A stretch of DNA of 64,000 nt from Desulfobacterales bacterium. GTDB taxonomy: Bacteria > Desulfobacterota > Desulfobacteria > Desulfobacterales > UBA2245. The stretch is from contig JAXGZF010000006.1 of the NCBI GenBank assembly GCA_040771865.1, forward strand, positions 310,001-374,000, written 5' to 3'. Below the pieces are notes generated by a model. That model was not told the DNA's origin, ran no database searches, and was given only the letters and a program-made list of their open reading frames with translations. Below, one piece after another: positions 57,140 through 64,000 of the stretch. Every line of letters begins with the position of its first letter. Within the stretch, counting starts at the first letter, position 1. A program made the position numbers and the translations under genes.

Positions 57140-59032
57140 ATGCTCAGAACAATGAGAAAAAACGCCGGTTCTTTTTTTATTAAAGTTCTTTTGGGTGCGA
57201 TCGTGGTCGTGTTTATTTTCTGGGGTGTTGGAAGTTTCCGCTCCCAGCGTGCAGGGCGCATTGCCGTTGTAAACGGCCAGGTTATTACATTCGAAGAGTA
57301 TCGGGATGCATACAATAATTTGATGGAACAGCTGAAACAGAGATTCGGCAATGCCTTGACGGAGGATATGATCAAGGCCCTTCGGGTAAAGGAGCAGGCT
57401 TTAGACCGGCTGATTGATCGGGTATTGATGAGTCAGGAGGCTGAAAAGTTAAAACTTCGTGTATCCGAGGAAGAACTGATAGCCGCCATTGGACAGATTA
57501 AAGCTTTTCAGCAGGCTGGCCAATTCGATGTTCGAACCTATCAGAAAGTTTTGAGCCTCAACAGAACGACTCCCGAGGCTTTTGAGGCAACCCAGCGCGA
57601 TATGATGCTCATCGAGCGATTACAGGCCCTTATTGCAGCCCATGTCAAGGTTTCTGAGCAAGAGGTGGCAGAATGGTACAACTGGGTTCATTCGGAGGTT
57701 GATATCGACTTCGTTTTGTTTGATCCTGAAACATATGGTGGTGTCCAGTCATCTGATGAAGCATTAAAAGCCTATTTCGATGAGCATAAGGAGCAATATA
57801 AAACAGATCCGCAGATCAAAGTGAGATATTTGAGGTTTGATCCGAATACCTACAAGGGGCAGGTCAGGATCGACGAAAATGAGGCACGGAATTTTTATGA
57901 GGCCAATATTGAGACATACAAGAAAGATAAGACCGTCGAGGCCCGTCATATCCTGATAAAGGTGGATGAAAATGCGGGTTCTGAGATTTCGAAGAAGGCT
58001 CGTCAGAAGGCGATTGATGTGCTGAATCTGATTAATAAAGGGGGGGATTTCTCCAAACTTGCTCAAAAATATTCCGAGTGCCCCAGCAAGAACGATGGCG
58101 GCTATCTGGGCGCATTTAAAAGACAGGACATGGTGGAGCCTTTTTCTGAAAAGGCTTTTTCGATGAAGCCGGGTGAAATCAGTGAACCGATTCTGACGCA
58201 GTTTGGCTGGCATATAATTAAGGTCGAAAAAGTGAATGAGGCCACCGTTGTTTCCTTTGAAAAAGCGATGGAAAATATCAATCAGAAACTAATGGTTGAA
58301 AAATCCCGTGCGCTTGCCTATGATGCTGCTGAAAGCGCCTATGATGCTTCTTTTGGGGGTGATGATCTGACCCAAATCGGCAAGCTCCATAATGTTGCGG
58401 TGGAAACGACCGATTTTTTCTCCCGCGATAAAGGCCCAAACCTGAACATTAAAAATCTGGAGCGCTTCCGATCGGAAGCTTTTGCATTGGTAGACAATGC
58501 CATCAGCGAGATTCTGGATCTTGAAGACGGTTATTATCTCCTGCAGTCAATCGAAAGCAAAGATTCAATAATTCCCGAACTTGCCGAGGTTAAAGGGATG
58601 GTGGAGAACGATTTCCTCGATCAGTTGCGGGGTGAAAAAGCGAAGCTGGATGCCGAAACGCTTCTGGCTGAGATCAGGTCCGGCAAGCAGTTGGATGTTC
58701 AAAGCAGGAAGTTCAATCTGAAACCAACTCGAACGGGTTATTTCAAGCGAAACGACCCGATTCCAAATATCGGATATGAGCCGGCGGTGTCCGAAGCGGC
58801 TTTCAAGCTGACGAAAGCATCCCGATATCCTGAAACCGTTATCAAAGGCGCCAAAGGATATTTTTTGATCGCCTACAGAGATAAAAAAAATCCGGAATCT
58901 TCCCTTTTGGATAGCTTGGGAGCTCAAACGAAGGAGCAACTGCTGCAAAAAAAGGAATCCAAGATATTTTCGGACTGGCTGGCGCAACTTAAACAAAAGA
59001 GCGACATTCAAGTTGAGCGGGATTTGCTTTAA
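57140..59032 (+). CDS. ppiD: SurA N-terminal / parvulin peptidyl-prolyl isomerase (PpiD-like)
   Basis: N-terminal TM ending FIFWGVG, VNGQVI, ARHILIK, F..LA.KYS, GGYLG, FGWHIIK; 630 aa. Confidence 0.9.
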   Translation: MLRTMRKNAGSFFIKVLLGAIVVVFIFWGVGSFRSQRAGRIAVVNGQVITFEEYRDAYNNLMEQLKQRFGNALTEDMIKALRVKEQALDRLIDRVLMSQEAEKLKLRVSEEELIAAIGQIKAFQQAGQFDVRTYQKVLSLNRTTPEAFEATQRDMMLIERLQALIAAHVKVSEQEVAEWYNWVHSEVDIDFVLFDPETYGGVQSSDEALKAYFDEHKEQYKTDPQIKVRYLRFDPNTYKGQVRIDENEARNFYEANIETYKKDKTVEARHILIKVDENAGSEISKKARQKAIDVLNLINKGGDFSKLAQKYSECPSKNDGGYLGAFKRQDMVEPFSEKAFSMKPGEISEPILTQFGWHIIKVEKVNEATVVSFEKAMENINQKLMVEKSRALAYDAAESAYDASFGGDDLTQIGKLHNVAVETTDFFSRDKGPNLNIKNLERFRSEAFALVDNAISEILDLEDGYYLLQSIESKDSIIPELAEVKGMVENDFLDQLRGEKAKLDAETLLAEIRSGKQLDVQSRKFNLKPTRTGYFKRNDPIPNIGYEPAVSEAAFKLTKASRYPETVIKGAKGYFLIAYRDKKNPESSLLDSLGAQTKEQLLQKKESKIFSDWLAQLKQKSDIQVERDLL

Positions 59033-59175
59033 CTGGGTGTTGAGCAGATAGAATCAGGCCGCCAGACAAGGCGCTCGGATATTCGATAAACCAGTATATG
59101 TCCAATACGGGGAGCATTTGCGAGAGTCGTTTAACGCCGCATGGCGTCTATAGGTACAGTATTGACAGCTTTATA
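59030..59175. repeat. MITE-like repeat, diverged copy D
   Basis: TAACTGGGTGTTGAG...AGAATCAGGCCG.CAG.CAAGGCGC...CGCCGCATGGCG...AGGTACAGTA matches copy B and the reverse complement of copy C. Confidence 0.7.
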
Positions 59176-59236
59176 GGGAGCCGTACTCTGGTTTTTGTGC
59201 ATGTAGCCATAACAGGATTCATGATAGGACTTTTGT

Positions 59237-59470
59237 ATGGAAATGTTTCAATCCCGAACAACCGGCGTTATTTATACCACCAAGAAATGTCCCGAATGTT
59301 TTGAGCCACTTGCACTGAGTGCCGTGCGTTGCACTTCATGCAAACGGAGGGTAGGTCCGATCGATAAATTTGGAATGGCCGAGAAGCCGATTGCGTGGTG
59401 GAAGTATGGTTTATGCTTTTTATCGTGGCTGGTTTTTTTTCTTTATATGTGGTGGGCTTTTTTCCGGTAA
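59237..59470 (+). CDS. Small zinc-ribbon protein with C-terminal TM helix
   Basis: CPEC...CTSC then a hydrophobic Trp/Phe-rich tail; AGGA upstream. Confidence 0.75.
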   Translation: MEMFQSRTTGVIYTTKKCPECFEPLALSAVRCTSCKRRVGPIDKFGMAEKPIAWWKYGLCFLSWLVFFLYMWWAFFR

Positions 59471-59499
59471 GCTGAATAATAACGTGCAGAGGATAACAG

Positions 59500-60096
59500 A
59501 TGGCTTCCTTGAGCGCCCAGGAAAAAAGATATTTGCTTGATTTGGCCAGGCACGTGATCGCAGCGTCGCTGCATATAGCGCCGGTCGCCGAAAAACCTGA
59601 AAACATTTATCCGGGGCTTTTGGAAAAGCGCGGCGCGTTTGTAACCCTGCATAAAAAGGGTGCGCTCAGAGGCTGCATCGGAACCATTGAGCCTGTTAAG
59701 CCGCTGGTCAATTGCGTCGAGGAAAACGCCCGGAATGCGGCTTTTAAAGATCCGCGATTTGCCCCCCTTTCGGCAGAGGAATTTTCGAATATCGACATCG
59801 AAATCAGTGTCCTGTCATTGCCTGAAATATTGTCATTTGAAGATGAGAATGATTTGAAACGGCAGTTGATTCCATCGGTTCACGGTGTGATCCTGTCCAA
59901 AGGATGGAAGCGGGCGACATTTCTTCCGCAGGTTTGGAAGCAGCTGCCTGATAAGGATTTCTTTTTGCAGCAGCTTTGCTTGAAAGCAGGTCTTGAGCGT
60001 GATTGCTGGCGAAAACCCGGAGTCGAAGTGCGCGTTTATCAGGTAGAATTTTTTTCGGAGATATCCGAGGCCGCTATGAAAGAACGGCCCGCATGA
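59500..60096 (+). CDS. AmmeMemoRadiSam system protein A (AMMECR1 domain)
   Basis: GAFVTL...LRGCIG, AAFKDPRF, IEISVLS, HGV, ATFLPQVW..LP, LCLKAG. Confidence 0.93.
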   Translation: MASLSAQEKRYLLDLARHVIAASLHIAPVAEKPENIYPGLLEKRGAFVTLHKKGALRGCIGTIEPVKPLVNCVEENARNAAFKDPRFAPLSAEEFSNIDIEISVLSLPEILSFEDENDLKRQLIPSVHGVILSKGWKRATFLPQVWKQLPDKDFFLQQLCLKAGLERDCWRKPGVEVRVYQVEFFSEISEAAMKERPA

Positions 60097-60736
60097 TGTC
60101 CCCGGCGTTTTCGGCGTGATCGGCTATGGAGCCGATGATTTCAGCAAGGCGTATCAGATAGTAAATCTCGGTTGGGTCTTTTATGTTGTGAAATATTTCG
60201 TGTTTGATCTTGTCTTCCACGATATCAGCTTCATCTTCCTGCACTTGCAGGCTTCGTATGATTTCCCGGATTGCTTTTTTTTGTTTTTGATTGCCGGTTT
60301 TGAAAAATAAAGCAGCTTCTCCCGCCATTTTGCTGAGTTCTTCGATCGGATCGATGACGGAGTCGACCAGAAGAAAAAAATCTTTTTCCAGGCTTTCCGG
60401 AATGCAGGGTTTTCCGCGGCACGATATCCAATCCAGTGCATCTTCAACAGCATCAATGACATGATCCTGTTCCTGGAGATATCGAACCAGATGATAACGG
60501 ATATTTGATGGAAGCATGAACCTCTGAGGTATGCCGTCGTATAGTCGGCGCTTGATTTCATCGGCTTCGCGTTCCTGTGAAATGACCTGCTTTCGCAGGT
60601 CTTCGAACCGTTCAACCGAAACATGGGATTCAACGGCCTGCTGAAAAAACCAGACGCATTCCTTAACCTTTTCGGCATGCTCTTGAAGCCCGGTCAGGGG
60701 TGACTGCATGAATCGCGACAAAAGAGGTATGCGCAT
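60074..60736 (-). CDS. DUF47 / PhoU-like phosphate transport regulator
   Basis: SP...LQEH, EREADEIKR, QD...D, EDEAD, IGSIADHAENAGD. Confidence 0.88.
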   Translation of the reverse strand: MRIPLLSRFMQSPLTGLQEHAEKVKECVWFFQQAVESHVSVERFEDLRKQVISQEREADEIKRRLYDGIPQRFMLPSNIRYHLVRYLQEQDHVIDAVEDALDWISCRGKPCIPESLEKDFFLLVDSVIDPIEELSKMAGEAALFFKTGNQKQKKAIREIIRSLQVQEDEADIVEDKIKHEIFHNIKDPTEIYYLIRLAEIIGSIADHAENAGDIMRAVLS

Positions 60737-61105
60737 TTTTAATTCCTGTTTTGCAGAATAAAAAACCAAAAGACCCACGGAACAGATCGAAGCTTCGAGC
60801 GGCCACATACCATGAGCCCTTGGGGCAAATCAATGAAAAACAGACAATCCATATGCATTGCTTTGAGTCCTGCCGTGTTACTCATTTTTTTATAGCATGA
60901 TTGCGCTGATGCCTGCCTGTTTATTTTTTATGATAAAATATTTTTAAAATACAATCGGTTATTAAGTTTGCGCTGATTCAAAACTTGCTTAAAATCCAAA
61001 CAGGCCTTAAATTGATTGCCATCAATACGGCGATTTGATTGAAATTCCGGACCTGGCCGGGTTGCGTGACTGCGGATGATGGATGCAAAGGGGGCGTCTG
61101 GTGTG

Positions 61106-63958
61106 ATGAAAAAATTCTGGATCGGTTTTTTTGTCTTTTTGAATATTCTGTCAGGTGTGTGCGTATCCGCATCCTGCCAGATCTCCTTCCGTGTCTGGCC
61201 CCATTCGGGCAGCGATCTGAAGCCTGATCCGGCTCTGGTCTTCGGGGCGATGCCCAACGGTTTTCGTTATGTCCTTATGGAAAACAACCGGCCGGAAGGC
61301 CGGGTTAGCCTTCATCTCGCCATCAATGCTGGCTCTCTGCATGAGGAGGAGCAGCAGCAGGGAATCGCTCACTTTCTGGAACACATGATGTTCTGCGGAA
61401 CCACCCACTTCAAGCCGGGAGAACTGGTATCTTATTTTCAATCTCTGGGAATGCAGTTCGGGCCGGATGCCAATGCCCATACGGGATTCAACGGAACCGC
61501 CTATGATCTTTTCCTGTCCGACGGAACTTCCCAAAGCATTGAAAAGGGTCTGCTGGTTTTAAAAGATTTTGCCTGCGGTGCTTTACTGCTTGCCGAGGAA
61601 ATCGACAGGGAACGCAAGGTGGTGCTGGCCGAACAGATCAGCCGTGATTCGGCGGATTATCGGACCTATGAGGCCTCGCTGAGGTTTGAGTTCGCCGATG
61701 CTCGGATCAGCCGGCGCCAGCCCATCGGCATTCGAAGTGTGATTCAGTCCGCCGGCCAATCCTTGTTGAAGGAGTTTTATAATGCCTGGTATGTGCCGGA
61801 AAATATGACACTGGTCATGGTGGGCAATTTCAAGCCTGACGTGGCGGCGTCTATGATCGAAAAAGAATTTGGGGACCTTGCCAGGCGAACTCCTCTTGAA
61901 GCGCCGAAGGAAGGCGGCTGGGTGGGACGGTTTGAACACAAGGGCATCAAGCCTTTTTACCATCATGAAAAAGAGCTCGGAAATACGACAATCAGCCTTG
62001 AGACCCTTCGGAAAATCAATTTTACTGGCGATTCCAAGTCGTTGCGCCAGGAGCTGTGGACGGCGTCGGTGGCTGACCGCATGCTGCAGAACCGGCTGGA
62101 TTCGGCTGCGCGGGCGCCGGATGCTCCTTTTACCGACGCGGTCGCGGGGTCGGGCATTTATCTGAAGGAAGTCGCTTATGCGGAAGTATCGGCTCAAACA
62201 AGTCCTGAAAACTGGGAAAGAACGTTATCTCTTCTGGAAATTACCCTGCGAAGCGCTTTGACGCATGGATTTGCCGAAGCGGAACTGCAGCGGGTGAAAA
62301 AGGACATTATTTCCGAACTGGATCAGGATGTTCAAAAAGCTTCTACGCGCAGCAGCCGCGATCTGGGGCCCCGGATTATCCGGTATTTAAACAGCGGGCA
62401 GGTGCTTCAGTCTCCGGCGCAGATTCAAGCGCTTTTTGCGCCGTTTATTGAATCTCTGGACATGGAGTCCGTTATGAAGGTCTTTCGCAGGAACTGGGCC
62501 GATGATCATCTTCTGGTTCTGGTGACGGGAAACGTTGAATTGGAAGGCAAAGGCAAAACACCGGAAGATCTGATTCTTAACATATTTGAAAACAGCAGAG
62601 CCCGGAAGACGATGCCGCCCGCGCCGCCGGAATCGGCAGGATTCCCCTATTTTCCCCTTCCCCTGGAAGGAGGAGGAATTCAAAAGGCAAAAGAGATTCC
62701 AGATCTTGGCATCACGATGGTTGATTTTAAAAACGGATTCCGATTGAATCTCAAACAAACGGATTTCCAGACCGGTGAAATTCTGGCGGATTTGTCCTTC
62801 GGCCAGGGAGATGTCTCTCAACCATTGGATAAGCCGGGCCTTTCTGCTTTATCACAGCAGGTCGTCAATGAAAGCGGTTTGGGACACCTGGACAGGGATC
62901 AGTTGAACAGGTCCATGGCAGGTAAAATGACCCGACTGGAGTTTCAGGTAAGAGAGGATCGGTTTTCATTTTCAGGCCAGACCGTTCCTGGCGAGATTGA
63001 AGTTCTGTTTCAGCTTCTTTACGCGCACCTGACGGATCCAGCGTATCGGCAGCAGGCGTATGATCTGGCGATGAATCGTTTTTCCCAGGAGTACCGGGAA
63101 ATGGAACGCACCGTCGAGGGGGGAATGCGCCTTTACGGGAAAAGGTTTCTGGCCGGCGGCGATCCGCGCTTCGGAATGCCTTCCTACGCCGAATTCACCC
63201 AACTTTCCCTGGAGGATGTGAGATCGTGGATCGATCCTTCTATCAGAAACGCATCGATGGAACTTTCCGTTGTGGGCGATTTTCAGAGCGAGCGGGTGAT
63301 CGATCTGGCATCCCGGTATTTCGGATCACTTCCGCCAAGAGAAGACTTGGGTGAAACGAAAAAAACCTCGAATCTTCCGGTTTTTCCGTTCGGGAAGAAG
63401 TTAACGATTCAGGTTCCAACCCAGATTTTCAAAAATCTTTTGATTGTGGCCTATCCTACGGAAGATACGTGGAATATCGAAAGAACCAGATGTTTTTCGC
63501 TGCTGGCGGAAATTTTTTCGGATCGATTGCGCCAGCAGGTTCGTGAAAACATGGGAGCTGCGTATTCTCCCTTTGCATTCAACCGTTCCTTCCGGGCATA
63601 TTCAGGCTACGGTCTGTTTCAGGTGATGGTGTACGCGGAACCGGAAAAAATCGATGCCATTATTTCCGAAATTCGAGGGATTGCCGAAAAACTGGCATCT
63701 GATGGGATTGAGATAGACGAGCTTGAACGCGTCAGGACCCCTGCCGTCAATCGAATTCAGGATATGGTTCGAAGAAACGAGTACTGGCTCAATTCGGTTC
63801 TTTCCGATTCCAGGCGGTATCCGCAACAAATCGACTGGAGCCGGAGCCTGGTACAAACCTATGTGTCGGTCCGACCCGAAGACCTGAATCAACTGGCCCG
63901 AACCTATTTGAATGCGCGGAAGGCAGCTGTTTTTATCGCCGGACCGGAAAGGTTTTAG
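61106..63958 (+). CDS. M16 family zinc peptidase (PqqL-like), exported
   Basis: PNGFRY, GIAHFLEHMMF (HxxEH), FGPDANAHT, ERKVVLAE, LRQQVRE..G..YSP. Confidence 0.93.
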   Translation: MKKFWIGFFVFLNILSGVCVSASCQISFRVWPHSGSDLKPDPALVFGAMPNGFRYVLMENNRPEGRVSLHLAINAGSLHEEEQQQGIAHFLEHMMFCGTTHFKPGELVSYFQSLGMQFGPDANAHTGFNGTAYDLFLSDGTSQSIEKGLLVLKDFACGALLLAEEIDRERKVVLAEQISRDSADYRTYEASLRFEFADARISRRQPIGIRSVIQSAGQSLLKEFYNAWYVPENMTLVMVGNFKPDVAASMIEKEFGDLARRTPLEAPKEGGWVGRFEHKGIKPFYHHEKELGNTTISLETLRKINFTGDSKSLRQELWTASVADRMLQNRLDSAARAPDAPFTDAVAGSGIYLKEVAYAEVSAQTSPENWERTLSLLEITLRSALTHGFAEAELQRVKKDIISELDQDVQKASTRSSRDLGPRIIRYLNSGQVLQSPAQIQALFAPFIESLDMESVMKVFRRNWADDHLLVLVTGNVELEGKGKTPEDLILNIFENSRARKTMPPAPPESAGFPYFPLPLEGGGIQKAKEIPDLGITMVDFKNGFRLNLKQTDFQTGEILADLSFGQGDVSQPLDKPGLSALSQQVVNESGLGHLDRDQLNRSMAGKMTRLEFQVREDRFSFSGQTVPGEIEVLFQLLYAHLTDPAYRQQAYDLAMNRFSQEYREMERTVEGGMRLYGKRFLAGGDPRFGMPSYAEFTQLSLEDVRSWIDPSIRNASMELSVVGDFQSERVIDLASRYFGSLPPREDLGETKKTSNLPVFPFGKKLTIQVPTQIFKNLLIVAYPTEDTWNIERTRCFSLLAEIFSDRLRQQVRENMGAAYSPFAFNRSFRAYSGYGLFQVMVYAEPEKIDAIISEIRGIAEKLASDGIEIDELERVRTPAVNRIQDMVRRNEYWLNSVLSDSRRYPQQIDWSRSLVQTYVSVRPEDLNQLARTYLNARKAAVFIAGPERF

Positions 63959-63983
63959 AATTAACCCGTCAAAGACATCGCCC

Positions 63984-64000
63984 AGGTGTTGAAAAACAAG
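63984..64000. repeat. Probable start of another MITE-like copy, truncated by the window end
   Basis: GGTGTTGAAAAACA matches the end of copy C (reverse complement GGTGTTGAAAAACAGG). Confidence 0.45.

Noticed and set aside
60187..60204. TTGTGAAATATTTCGTGT, Rex-operator-like
   Set aside because: It lies deep inside a CDS near convergent 3' ends, and the right half-site is poor.

Overview
A mostly core-genome window from an anaerobic Desulfobacterota (Desulfobacterales-like) bacterium, judged from gene content and my reading of the 16S sequence; no search was run. It holds gatB, an AlaC-like aminotransferase, cell-wall enzymes, pgm, htpX and a complete rRNA operon (16S, tRNA-Ile, tRNA-Ala, 23S, 5S). 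These are followed by class I fumarase, pyruvate:ferredoxin oxidoreductase, priA, a GAF-ANTAR regulator with gdhA, pepD, the ffh-rpsP-khpA-rimM-trmD-rplS-rnhB-yraN-rsmI cluster, rlmN, ppiD and an M16 peptidase. The most interesting signals are not shown as such by the ORF track. (1) A 21-codon alanine-rich leader peptide with mutually exclusive 1:2, 2:3 and 3:4 hairpins and tandem terminators lies upstream of the AlaC-like gene, a candidate alanine-sensing ribosomal attenuator. (2) Two candidate selenoproteins have an in-frame TGA followed by a SECIS-like hairpin: an exported DUF1573-type protein (U-G-C) and a 55-aa membrane peptide (UxxxxC). (3) A three-hairpin ANTAR leader overlaps a terminator in front of gdhA, next to a GAF-ANTAR gene. 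(4) A dispersed ~150-bp MITE-like repeat family and an internally deleted IS are also present. All product calls rest on motif recognition by eye.
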